A stretch of DNA of 64,000 bases from Atractiella rhizophila. Taxonomy: Eukaryota. This document shows positions 38,561 through 50,970 of this stretch, piece by piece. Numbering within the stretch: the first letter of the stretch is position 1; each line of letters starts with the position of its first letter. The notes beneath the pieces were generated by a model. That model ran no database searches. It was not told the DNA's origin and saw only the letters and a program-made list of their open reading frames with translations. The stretch spans positions 62,001-126,000 of the forward strand of contig MU271216.1 in assembly GCA_021432655.1 (NCBI GenBank). The letters run 5' to 3'. Both the position numbers and the translations under genes were made by a program.

Positions 38561-39298
38561 GAGAAACGTGGTTTAGACCCTCGTCTAGAGGAGAGAGTCG
38601 CACCCCAGCTCCGGCGCCTTTCGTTTGCAATCAGTCGTTGTTGGGGTCAAACTGGAAGGTTATGAAGTTTGGGGAGAACGAGGAATAAAGACGAAAATTT
38701 GGCCCGCTCTGGATAATCCTTTCGATCCCCTTGCGGACTCGGGACGGACCTTTGCGGCGCTCAACTTATTGGCGGGCCCAACGCGACCGGAAACCATCAA
38801 TATTGTGCCGCCATCCACTTTGTCTGGTTCAGTTCTACAACTCAGGTACACTATTTAGGAACACTCAAAATGAGTTTTGATGATTTCAACGGCAGAAAAG
38901 GCCGAGTAACACGTTCCGAGCACATTCTTGTCAGAACTCAGAGTGATAGTCATTCAACGAATTTAAACCTTTGGTCGCGTCCAATCTTTTCAGAAGATTC
39001 TATTATCATCCTCTGCCACAGCAGCGCAGAGTAATAGTTGACAGGTTGCGTATTCCAACTGCTCGCTCTCCTGTGCTCTCATGTTGACTTTTGTGGGGGA
39101 GGCAACTTTCTGTGCTTCTGCCCACTGTCTCAGCCGGCAACCACTGCATCAGTGCGGCGTTCCGTCCTGCTTCACAGGCCCGCGTGAACGTTTCTAACAA
39201 CTCGCCTGGATCAGCCCCATAATGTGAATTAACCAGCCCCTCCATCCTCGAATTGGGAACCTTAACAAGGCTGATATAGTTTATTCTGTAAGGGCCGC

Positions 39299-42200
39299 TT
39301 ATGGGGAATCTGTTGATGCGGCCTTTTTGTGCAAGATTGTCAGCACTTCATTTCCCTCTAAGTCGCAGGGGCCCAGTATCCACTGAAGGCAGAAACGAAC
39401 GTAGGGGTGTAGCTCGGAAAGAGTAGCAAGGAACGTGTGGATGTCCAGGAGGATGTGTTGACCAGGGCGTGCGTTGGGGCGGCCGGCAAGGGACAGGATG
39501 GCGCTTTGACTGTCCGAGAAGATGACAACATTGGGAGGGAAGACTTCGTCTTGTGAGAGGCGTCCTAGCGCGACCCTGATGGCTGTCAACTCCGCCTCGA
39601 AGACCGAGTTCTTCCTGCTTCTCCCAGCCTAACATATCTTATCCATCCCGACTCCAACTCCACCGCGGCCGCACACACTCCTCCATCACCACTGGAACCA
39701 TCAGAAAATATATGCAGGTCTGTCCTGTTGTTAGCGATCTCGTTGTACTCTTCAAGCGCAAGTTCCTTAGTATCAGGAATCAAGGTTGTGAAGAGTGGAA
39801 GAAAGTCTGGGGGAGGGGAAGAGGGCTTAGGATCTCAAGGTCAACAGGGAAGGAAATGTGGGAAGAGTGAAAGATATGGTAAAGCGGGGAGGCGAACTTA
39901 TTAACGAAAGAAATCCTGTGGGAGCGAGCCAGCACTCCAGCAGGGTTGGAATCAGGATTGGTAAGTAGGCGGAGAGCACATCGGAAGACTAGCTTCTCGA
40001 GGTGGGCAAGGGGGTTGAGGAGGTTGGAGTCAAAGGAGAGTATAGATATGGGGGTGGACTTAAAGCCTCCCAGCATTATTCGTTGGGCCGTATGGTGTAG
40101 GACTTCTAGCCTTCCGACAATGGCTGAATGGGTGTAAGCGCAATGCCATAAGACGGCAACATAACCTGTGGCAGCGCAGACTATGGATATGTAGGGCGAT
40201 GGAACTGAGCCAAGGGAATGCCTTCAGTGGTCTTGGCTAGTGACGCGATCATCATTAGGCGCTTTTTTCCCTTCTCCTCGATAGAGGAGAGTTCGGGCTT
40301 CCAGCGGAGTTCCTTGTCGAGAATGACCCCAAGGAGAGTTGCGTTGTCAGACATCTCTAGTCTCTCGCCTCCAAACTGAAGTCTGAGACCAGTAGTTATC
40401 CTTCGACGATTGCGAGTGAAGATGACAAACTTAGATTTGTCTCTCTCAAATAGTACTCCGTGACAGCTCCCCTACTCTTCTGCCTCATCAAGCATCCCCT
40501 CAAGTCCCCTCATGGCTAGCATTACTGATGATGACCTGTACAAATAGGACACATCATCGATAAAGCCGGTTGATTGAAAATCACATTCGGCTGCTATCAT
40601 GAGCAAGGAGGCGTTGTAAAATAGGTAAAGGATAGGAGAGAGCGGAGAGCCCTGGACCCGGCCGATTTTGATGGGTAGTTGGGATGAAGTGAAGCCATCA
40701 AATGAGTAGGAGGTGGACCGTCCAACAAGCCATGAAGAAGCCAAGTCACAGAAGCATGGGTCAACCTTCACCTTCCCTAGGTCATCGACTAGCCTGCTGT
40801 GGATGACGGAGGAGAAGGCACCTTTCACGTTGAGGAACACGGCAGCAGTCACTTGTCCCTTTCGCCATCCTTCTATAATGAATTCGATTACTGAAAGGAG
40901 AGCGTCCGTCGTGCTGCGACCTGACCAACCTCCGAAGTGCTGGTTAGGTAGAAGGAGGCGCTTTTCAGCATAGAAGGCGAGTTTCACGCCTAGAACCCTA
41001 TCAAAACCTTTAGCAAGGCACTTCAGAAGAGTGATTGGGCGGTATGCTTTGGGAATGGAGTAATCTAGTTTCTTGGGCTTTTTTAATCCTTACCTCTAAA
41101 AGCCATCCATTCTTGGCATGAATCATAAAATGCACTTTTGAGCATTCATACCTCTCTCAGTAGGCACATTGAAACGAAATGAATTACACCATCTTACTGC
41201 ATATGCTTGCGCCTTTCTGAAGCCATGAGGAAATTTTGTTCTGAAGGGGGTAAAAAAAATCCTTTCATACTGGACTCAAACCCTCACAACAGTCACAGTA
41301 GGGTTCAAGGGGCCATGCCCCTTACCAGTGGGTTGAGGGGCCTGAGGGACAAAGGCCTCTGACATGCTTGTATTGCCATAGAGAAAAATTTCCACTTTTG
41401 TGGATAAAAGAGAGATCATAGCATGAAATAATAATGTGAAAAAGTACTTTCCTGATTTTGGGCCATAGTCCTTTGAGGACCCAGTTAGAGATCCCATCAT
41501 TCCCTGGCGCCGACTTCCTTTTGGCGTTTTCAATATATCGATCCAGCTCTTAGATTTCGATTCCACTGAAGTCTATCCAGTCTTCATTCATTGGTCTTCC
41601 CCGTTATAAGTCATCTAGTTTGGGATTGGGGTGTGAGGCGCTGAAGGTGTCACGAAACACCCTTGCCTTTCCCTCGTTGTTAAAAGTGAAGGAATTGTCA
41701 GGATTCTGGAGTGGCGGGATTTGTCTTTCGTGGCTCTCGTGTTTAGCGTATGATGAAGCAGTCCAGAGCGACTGTTCATCTAAGCTGGCTAGGAAGCTGT
41801 TCCAGTGTAAGCGCTTGCGCACTTTGACCCACACAACGGAAGGTCTGAAGGGAGCTCCGCCACAATGCATAGTGCCCTTTGCTTTTCGTCTTCTGGAACC
41901 TGTTCCTTCGCTTGCTTGCATTCGCACAGAGATCTGTGAGTTCCTCATCCCACCACCTCTTAGAAAACTTCGATTTCTTCACTTTTTTTGGTTGACACCT
42001 CCAGCGCTGATTGGATGGAAGAAGTGAGGTACTCAACTGCAGCTTCAATGTCTTCTTCATGGTTCAAAGGAGTTTCTCGTTCAAAGGGATAACCCTTCAA
42101 ATGTTCTCTCATCTTGTCCCAATCTGCCTTGATCAGATTGAATCTATCCAAGTCAGGTGGGTCGGTCTTCTCCAAGTTGAAGGTCGTGAGTATGGGGAAG

Positions 42201-43584
42201 TGATCAGAACTGTGATTCACCTCTGGGGCATGGGAGGTTAAGCATCGCTCTACTAGGTCATCAGCTGCCACATTAACAAATACAAGGTCGATGACTGTTT
42301 GAGACTCCCTTGCAGACCAGGTGATCACTCCTTATTCTGACCTTAGGACTAACCCCACTTCCGTCAGACTTGTTAGCAGTTCTTCCGCTTTGGGATCCCG
42401 TCTGTGGTATCCTTCTTGATTCCACAGATCATGGTGTAAATTAAAGTCCCCCCGATATAAAGTAAAAATCTATCGTCTGAGTTAAATTCGAGCAGAAGTT
42501 GGTGGACTAGGTCAAACAGGACCTTTAAAATGTCAAACATGATGTCAGTCATGTTGTAGATGTTAAATAAAACGAGTGTGTACTGGGCACAAGAGATCCT
42601 AACAGCGGAAATTTCTGGGATAGGAGAGATGATTTGAGAGATGGACGAGCTGTGAATCGTCTCGGAGTTGACTAAAATGGCAGAACGAGTGGAGGGAGAC
42701 GTAGCAAAATGGCGCTAGCCTGGGTAAAACGGAAGAGATTGACCCGGAGTGACGTAAGGTTCCTGCAGAAGCAAAATATCGAAATTGGCGTGGGCGGAAG
42801 AAAGGAGTGAGTGGGAAGTGGCTGGAGATTTTGTGTGTTGTATTGACAGACTCGTAAACAGGATGGGTTAAAAAAGGATGAAGCAACGGAATTTCCTGAT
42901 GAGAGTTCGAGGAGGCTGTTCCCAAGACCAGGATCCTCAGTGTTGGTACACTGGTTGCTGGGTAACGCGAGAAAGGGGTTACAGAACGGAGATTGGTCTT
43001 GTATGATGGAAGGGGGATCGGAGGTGGAAGAGGAGGAGGGTGATTTGGAAGTAGGGGAGGTGGAGTGGGGGAAGGGAAAGGAATAGAAGAGGAATGAAAA
43101 GAAACAGGAGAACTTAGCTGGTTAAACAAGTCTTCAGGAACAGGTGTAATGCTGTCGTTCATTTCAGATAGAATCTGGAAGAACCAACTTGAATCCGATG
43201 CGAGAGCCTTGCTTCGTTCAGGACATCACACTCCGAACCCTTGCAATGAGCGTTGTGTTTTGTAGAAGTACATAAAGAACACTTAATTGGTCTATGGGAA
43301 CAAGACTGTGCATCGCGACATGGAATTGTATTTGCACATGAAATGGAGCAAGACTTAGTGAAGTGAGGGCCGGCACAAACCCCACAGGAAACGGGTGCCT
43401 TGCATCTCTCGGCAGTGTGACCAGGCTGTTGACACTTAAAGCAAGGTGCACTCCGGAATGGCTCCCTCTCGAGCAGGTCGTTGAGAGGGGAGGCTGCCAC
43501 AGAGGCAGGGTTGAACCCTGAAGTACCGTTAGTAGGTAGAAAGTGCCTTTTGTCCCTGACTGTACCCACCACACAAACGACCAC
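39299..43584 (-). mobile_element. Degenerate Tad1-like LINE: ORF1 zinc knuckles, APE endonuclease, RT, RNase H
   Basis: CFKCQQPGHTAERC...CGVCAGPHFTKSC; DFNLHH, IDLVF, SSDHFPI; YRPITLL, FLNVKGAF, QGSPLSPILY, GFIDDV; IFSDGS, IFSDSQSAI. Interrupted by unrelated DNA at about 41090-41600. Confidence 0.9.
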
Positions 43585-44412
43585 AATTGTTCATCAAACA
43601 CAGAGCACATAAAGAATAGCTTTTCCATTAGAGCGTACAATGATATATCTTGATGTCAGCCAACCAGTCACTCTCTGAACACCTCTGCAACATTGTCGGG
43701 TCCTCACAATCGAAGATTGTTGGCCACGATCTTTCGAAAGACTGTCCAAAGAACTGGTTTTCTGTCCCTGTAACCAGTCAACTTGTTCTTTGGCAGAGAA
43801 AGGAGGGGAGCACGCACCATTGTTCCACCATCCGTCCTTGCGCATGTTACTCCCCACCAGCACTTCTAATATATAATCCAGATCCTCATAACATGAGAGG
43901 GAGTTTCCTTGAATTCGTTGCCGCGATACCACATTTCGCTTTTTTGAAGCTTTAGCCAACCTTGCCGTGCTTGATATGTACTAAAAGCTCACTGCCATTT
44001 TGGCCGCAGTTTCCAAAAGATTTGCCAAAGTCCTTACAAAAGTTGTATTGCGCATTCATTGAAGTTTCTTGTTCGGCGTTTTTCTAATGTTCCCCGAACC
44101 CTAGGTAACCATTATTACTTGTGCGAGGAGTTATTCACTTTCTTGATCCTTTCGTGCGAAGAACCAAGATATCTTCGGCAGATGCAATATCCCCCGCAGA
44201 TCACCGAACCTGATCTTGTTTAGAATAATGTCGTTGTGGTTGTAGAGCTCAGAAGAAATAAGTTACAAAGCGGAAAGAAGCTGTGGGAAGTGAAGAAGCC
44301 GAAATGGAGATGTGACGAACCAAAAAAGGCAAGCACCGCTTCCAGACAAGGAAGGTGTTGCCGCTTTTTGTGTGAGCGTGAGCTCAAGATTGTGAGCGGC
44401 GACCACAATACA

Positions 44413-46862
44413 ATGTCGAATCAGATCGAAACCTACAGGTTGTTTTTTCAACTGGTTCAGCCCGATCCGCAGACAAATCGTATCGTCGGCACGGCGAGCT
44501 CTGTCACAATTTCTTCCGGTCAGTTGGTCGAAGACTTGGAGAAGGAGATTCGTGCCAACATTCGCGAAAGGCACCCTGCAATACGCAGTCTGGACGATTT
44601 CGTATTGTGGGCGCTTCAACCGATGTTGCCCAGCAAGGAACAAGCCTTTCTGAAGACGATCAAGTTCCCCTCCGAAAGATTGAAACAACTCGACCCTACT
44701 TTTCCGCTATCGGATTACTGGGAAAAACCCCCCGCAAATAGACACCTACATGTTGTGGTTGAGTTAGGTTTGCCTTCTCATGAACGTCCACCCTCTCGTA
44801 AGGATTCCTTGGTGACCCTTCTTCCATCTGATCTGTTTGGCAGCCTGGCATCATCACGGTAGTCTGGATCAGTATCAATCCCGCGCACGTATCAAAGCAT
44901 TGACTAAAGGATCATTCTCTCCCCACTCGCTTCTCGAACAAAACCACATCTTCCAGGTCGCTGCCCCTCCCACCAGGCCTCCCAACTCCCAAGAGGATCC
45001 CAACCTCGCAACCCTGCGCCAAGCCAAGGCCACTTTGACCCAACTGTTCCAGCTTCCTCCAGACCCTGACGCTGCTACACTCGCAATCGGAACGTCGCTT
45101 CAAAATGATTTTTTTGGCGGTACTGTCAAGAAAGGCCGAAGAGCAACAAAGGCCGAGCTAAGCCATTATCATCATGTTTCCGCCGTCGAGGTACCTATGG
45201 AGCGATTTCTGGATAACAAACAGGCCTATTTCAACTGGACCTACCTGATGCCTGTCGCGAGCGAGCTTTCTCGCCAGAGATACGGACTGATCAAAGTGTC
45301 CGAATTCGTCGCGTACGTTCTCTCTTTCCTTATCATCGACTGCTGCCGATGTAACCTATTGTTCAGGGATAAGTCATGGCCATTTTGTCTCTATCCTTAC
45401 ACACCCGAATCGCCAAATAACCCCGCGACACAGTACAAATATCAGCCTCGTAGCGACTTTCAGATTCGACAGCACGGGATCCCCCAAGTTCTCTTCGAAA
45501 TACAATCTAAAAAGACAGCGGAAGATCGAATTCGAATGTTGTTGCAAGCAGGAGCCATTTCTAGAGTATTGCATCATGCGATCAAAATGGATGCCGAGAA
45601 ACCACACACTGTTATCGCTTACTATATCACTAACGCATTGGTTGCCGAGCAGTACATATTGTGTGTTGATCCAAACACAGTGCGTTGATTTCGTAGCTCG
45701 TCTCATGTGAATTCTGATCTGCCACAGGAAAATGTGCTCTACTCGAAATACACGTTTGACCTCACCCGCCGTGACGAGGCATTCAAGTTTCTGCTTGAGT
45801 TATACAACTGCCGATTACTGATCGACTCCAATCAAAGCGTAATAAAAGCCGCAGCGCAGGGGATCGGAGAGAGCTTGAACTCTTTGGACAAACTTCCATC
45901 GTTCACGGGTGATACCTCGAATAAGAAACGCAAAACCAGTCATGGAAACGATGGAACCGAAGGAAACGAAGGCAAGCTGCTTGCAGTCCCAGGATTGCAA
46001 GCCTATCTCAGCAAATTGGGTTATCGACTGGAGTTACCTAACACTGAAAGTACTTGGAGTGAATTGGACGACGTTCGTAATTCAAGTTCCCCAGTTAGCT
46101 GCACTGAAATGGACATAGGTTTCGCATTCGTCAGTGGTGGCAGCTTTCGCACGAGATGGAGCGCGCGTGATCATTAAACGTGCATGGAATACAAGGGAAG
46201 CTCAAGTTCAACAGCATCTGGCCAATATATCTGATTTCAGAAACCACACGTTGAACCCTCTGGAAATTTTGTCATTCCAGGATGACACGCTGCTCGTTCT
46301 TCCTCGCGGGATACCTTTGCCTTCCTTACGTATGGTCATGCCTCTCGCGATATCTTTAGCAGAGCAGCTCATCGATGGTGTGGGATTCATGCACATGCGT
46401 GGATTTGTTCACCTGGACTTGAAACCGAACAATCTAGTTGCAATCTCCAACGTCCTCAAGATTATCGATTTTGGATTGTCTCGCAAAGCCGATCGTGATA
46501 CGCTCTTGAAAGGATATCGAGGGACTCGACCGTGGGTGGCACCTGAACTTGGGACCGAAGAGGGGCCAGAGCAAGCATTTCATCCAATCCCTGCTGACCT
46601 GTGGGCTGTTGGGCAAATTATTTCTCGATTCTTCGGTCCATTCCTTCCACCAGGCCACTATCTTTTTCAGCTTGCAAGTCGGTTGATGTCACAGGATCCT
46701 CAATCACGCCCTGGGCTGGACAATTTCAACTGGAGACCAAAGAAAAGGTCATTGCAATCAGTCGGTCCGGAAATTGGACGAAGCATTTTAGGAAATGAAA
46801 ACGAAAACGGACGGGGCACCGAAAGCGAATGTGCCAAACGGAGACATCTAATTGATTGCTAG
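44413..46862 (+). CDS. Crinkler (CRN)-like protein: ubiquitin-like header, PD-(D/E)XK-like nuclease domain and protein kinase; about 741 aa
   Basis: Exons 44413-44767, 44844-45312, 45367-45679, 45728-46072 and 46119-46862 (all GT-AG) join without stops. Header: VEDLEKEI...FVLWAL...LSDYWEKPPANRHLHVVV. Middle: PRSDF...LFEIQS...RMLLQ. Kinase: VIIK, HLDLKPNN, DFG, APE, DLWAVG. Confidence 0.85.
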
Positions 46863-47639
46863 CTAAACTGTTCTAAAATTTCAGGGTTTGCACGAGAATA
46901 TCAGTATTTACAATGGCTATTCTGAAGGTATTTCTATTTAGGTAAACAAAGAAGCTTGAACAAAGAGAAGATCAGAAGATTAGGAACCTCTCGTACCTGG
47001 AAGAGCGTAACGCGAAAGGTAGGAGAGAGAGAAGGGACGACGGAAGCCATACATCTAATGCCGAAAAGAACAGAAGATGGCGAGAGAAGGTGGAGGAGGG
47101 GAGGAGGGTTTATCGGGCCTCGTTCTTGCTTGGTCCCGACCTCTCCCCTCGTCGACAGCGAAAGGGACAAAGAGGAGGATCGGGGGGGGGAGGGGGATAA
47201 ACGATATTAACAGGACAAATGGAGGTCAGAGAGGTGAGAGGGGAAAGGTGGCGAAGAATGGCGATGTGTGAGAAAGGGTATTAGACAAAGGAGCTGGAGA
47301 TGTGAAGAGGTCTACGGTACCCCCCCTTGCTCTGATGGACGATGTCGACTTCAGGTGCAGCTTTGAGAGCCTCAACACGTGCACTTTTGAATTTGAGATC
47401 CATGCCGGGGGAGGAGTCACTGAGAGCCCGTTTGGGTGCCAAATCAGCGTGAATTCGAATTCCGTGAATTGCCTGAATTGGATTCCTTGTGATTTGAGAT
47501 TTTCAAAATCATTCGTTGCCAAACATCAAATGAATTGCATCAAAGCACTTGACCATGAGCATCCGTGGACCTGAGTCCGAGTGCTGCTGATGGCCACAGG
47601 CGCGACATGTCTTTTCTGAATAACAAAACAACAGTCAAT

Positions 47640-49030
47640 GCCTCACGCCAACCCTCCCTCCGCTGCCCTTCGTCATCGTCGAAAACAAGCTCTGCGACTT
47701 CAGTCATGCCAAATCATCCTGCTCCTTGTTGCCGCTACTGTTCAATTTTACGAGCTTCATTCCCTCAAAATCCCTCAGCACACAGCTTCTCTGACAGGCC
47801 ATGCCTGGTATCTTCACCTTATCACTCATCCCAATCCCTCATCCCAATCCTACTGTGATGAAAAATGACCTCGGAGCCTCCCGATTTGTCTTCAACCTCC
47901 TCGTGGAAAAGATGGTGGAGCATACTGGTTTCAGAGACAGTCACGGGGTGACGGCAGGCAAAAAGCTCCCTATATTTCTTTACACTGTTAGGAAAGCTGC
48001 TAGCAATCAAACGGTTCAAAGCCGCTTCCAGCATTCTGGAGAAATGGTTTATAGGTATGTTTCTTTTGCGAGCTAGGAGACAGGGTGATAAAGTGCCTAG
48101 GCATTTCCATGATGTTCTCAAGCATCTGATTCAACCTGCACTCTACAAGCGATACATGAAAGCAGTCGATCACAATACCCCCGTCCCTCCGGAGATCAAA
48201 GATAATCCGAAATTCTATCCTTTCTTCAAGGATGTGTTGGGGCTGTTGACGGCACCCACATCAAAGCTGTTGTTCCCACAGCAGATCAACCACGGTTTCG
48301 AGATTGCAATGGCAACATCACCCAGAATGCACTCATAGCCGTCTCATTCGATTTGAAAGTTGTTACCTGCGTGGCAGGATGGGAAGGGAGTACGGCTGAC
48401 GGTAACGTTTGGCACGCAGCTCGATCCACTTCACTGCGGCTGCCGACAGGGAAGAAGCTTTTGGGAGATGCAGGCTTTGGGCTAGGAGAGGATATACTTA
48501 CACCCTATCGGAATGTGCGGTACCACCTGAAGGAATGGCATCAGGGAAATCTCAGGTTTGTCCTGCTCCATTCTAGTTCAGTGTCACAGAAGCTCATTTT
48601 GAAGCAGACCGGCAAATGCTCAGGAATTGTATAACCTGCGTCATGCACAAGCTTGCAATGCAGCTGAGCGAGCATTTGGAGTGATAAAGCGGCACTTTGC
48701 CATCCTTGAACTGATGCGAGAATACAAGTTTGAAACACAGGTTTGTAACTTCAATCTGTGCATGTGTGGTCCATCTAACTCTTTGGCTAGGCCGCTCTGA
48801 TCCCCGCTCTTTGTCTGATTCATAACTTCATACTACATTACAAGCCATTTGAAATCAACGAATTTGAGCTCAAGACCCTCGATGCAGAAATTCAAGAGGC
48901 TGCAGTGCGGGATCAGAACAGAAACAGCAGTGCTGGGTCACTAGGAAGAAGTTCTGTTAGCAGTGCAGAGTATCAGCGAGCATTAGCAGACGGGATAGAA
49001 TTGCACAGGTGTTGTGGGATCAGTATGAGG
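47640..49030 (+). mobile_element. PIF/Harbinger DDE transposase (frameshifted)
   Basis: RFQHSGE, NPKFYPFFKD, AVDGTHI, GWEGSTAD, LGDAGF, TPYRNVRYHLKEW, YNLRHA...AERAFGVIK. Confidence 0.9.
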
Positions 49031-49199
49031 TCATGGTACTAAGGAGAGAAAGAACGGGGCAGAGAAGCAGAGGAAATGGGAGAGGGAGGACTTGAAGGGA
49101 CTTTGTAGGATACAGACTCGGAGCAGCGGCAATTTCAAGCAGTAAAGACAGTGCATTTCAAGAGAGGGTAAAGAACATTTGAGGATCAAGCAGCTATTG

Positions 49200-50345
49200 C
49201 TAGACAGGAGTGACACCAAATTTCCGACAGACATCAGACATATATTCCTGCCTATCGTCATCCGCTTCTTCTTCCTTAAGTCCTAGGTAAACTTCGACAA
49301 TAGCAGGATGTTCCCTGAACAACTCAAAGACTCCCACTATGCTGAAATCAACAAACAATTTATCTTGAATTCGGAACAGATTGTAAGCTTCCTGGAGCAG
49401 GGTAGTAGCTGGAGTGGGAGGTTTCTGATCAGGAATAATGTAACCATCAGTGAATGCTCCTGCACCCGCCTGTTGAATAACAGAACAGAGAAAGCAGCTG
49501 ACGGAGCAAGGTATTGAAATCCGCGAAGGACTCGTCAATACTCGCTAATCCCATCGCTCCAGTCATTCTGATTCTCTTAGGAGGTCCGGCAGAGAGGGTG
49601 TTGGGATCAGCAGGCCGTTTCTTGTTGTTGTTCATGGCAGGAGTAGCAACATCGGTTTGTTCCTTGATGACCGGTTAGTTCAGCAAATACACGAGCAAGG
49701 CTAAGAAAAGACGCACCTTTTCTTCATCTGAAGCAGCAGCCCACTCATCTGCCAGCTGTCTGTCCCTCTCCTCCACCGTCATAGAATGACCCTCCATCAA
49801 CTCTGAGTCTTCGGCTCCAGAATCAATCGCTGCCGCCCCTGTCGCCGCTGAGTCCTGGCACATTTCGAGCATCTTTGGCCAGAGTGGCCAAGGATCACGG
49901 ATCTTCTATTCGGTTACAAATGTTAGAACTAGTGGAAAAAGTGAAAGCAAAGTACACACCTCAATGTACTCCTCCCAAACACTATCAGGGACAACTGGAT
50001 GATAGCAATCAGAATTCCAGCCCCAGCCCGACTTGTATTTCAATTGATTGTAGATTTTGAACTTCACAACAAGCTACAAACACCTTAACCCTTTGAACTG
50101 CAGCCTGAAGAGAGACGTACCCCGCGAAACTTGCTTTGGCATGAGCTGGCATCCTTGATGCCTCCATGACTGCTTCTCCGAAACTTGGTTGCACAATCAT
50201 TGAATGAATGCTTTCTCCTTGAATCCACCTTGAGGGCGATCTCCAGAGGTCCAGACGGCGTGAAGAGTGTCGACGAGAATCTGTTCATCCATAGCCGACC
50301 AGATAGCCTTTTCAGTCTTCCATTCCTTCTTATTGGCTGGAGTTC
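49200..50345 (-). mobile_element. Harbinger-associated Myb/SANT-like ORF (degenerate), convergent with the transposase
   Basis: FNDCATKF...KDASSCQSKF, SGLGWNS, WEEYI-type segments. The position and orientation are typical of the second Harbinger gene. Confidence 0.6.
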
Positions 50346-50466
50346 CCGAATCGGCCAAACTAAATAACTTCGACATTCCGCAACAGTATCATGACTTCCA
50401 ACTGCCTCCGCCTGCCCGAGAAAAGCCTGCTCATATTCCCTACTTCACTTTTGACGATTTCAAGAA

Positions 50467-50970
50467 ATGGCGGACACTTTCCCAAAGCTACCTCCTGGAG
50501 AGAGGGAAAAGCGCAAGTATGAATGGCTCAAGACTAAGAGCGGTGCTCAGGTCACCGCGGAGCGAATAGCTGATCTGAAGCGGGAAGCGAGGGAGATTCT
50601 TGAGGAAATGTATAACACTCTGCTATTCTGCCGGAAGACATGGTCTAAGATCCCTCACATACATCGGATTCATGGAATCGCCGTACTCGAGTGCAAGTTT
50701 CCTGAGCTTACACAGTGTCAAGGACATGCCATGGCGGACCACGTCTTTCGTGAACTGAAGCATTGGCAGCTCGAGAACCTCAACACGGTGGATAGGCAGG
50801 CAGCGAAGCGGGTTAAAGTAGAACAGCAGGTGGAAAGCGTGACACAGGGGCACGATGGCTGCTTTCGAGAAGACACAACTGTGCCTGGAAAAAAGGAAGT
50901 GGAGAAGAAGAAGGTGGCAAAGTTGAAAGTCAAAGAGAATAAAGGAAGAGACATTGAAGTCTTTCCTTAA
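50467..50970 (+). CDS. Hypothetical protein fragment with basic C-terminus
   Basis: 167-aa ORF with plausible composition. No family recognised. Confidence 0.3.
   Translation: MADTFPKLPPGEREKRKYEWLKTKSGAQVTAERIADLKREAREILEEMYNTLLFCRKTWSKIPHIHRIHGIAVLECKFPELTQCQGHAMADHVFRELKHWQLENLNTVDRQAAKRVKVEQQVESVTQGHDGCFREDTTVPGKKEVEKKKVAKLKVKENKGRDIEVFP

Noticed and set aside
42599..43162. Pro-rich 187-aa ORF as a separate gene
   Set aside because: It is the frameshifted start of LINE ORF2.
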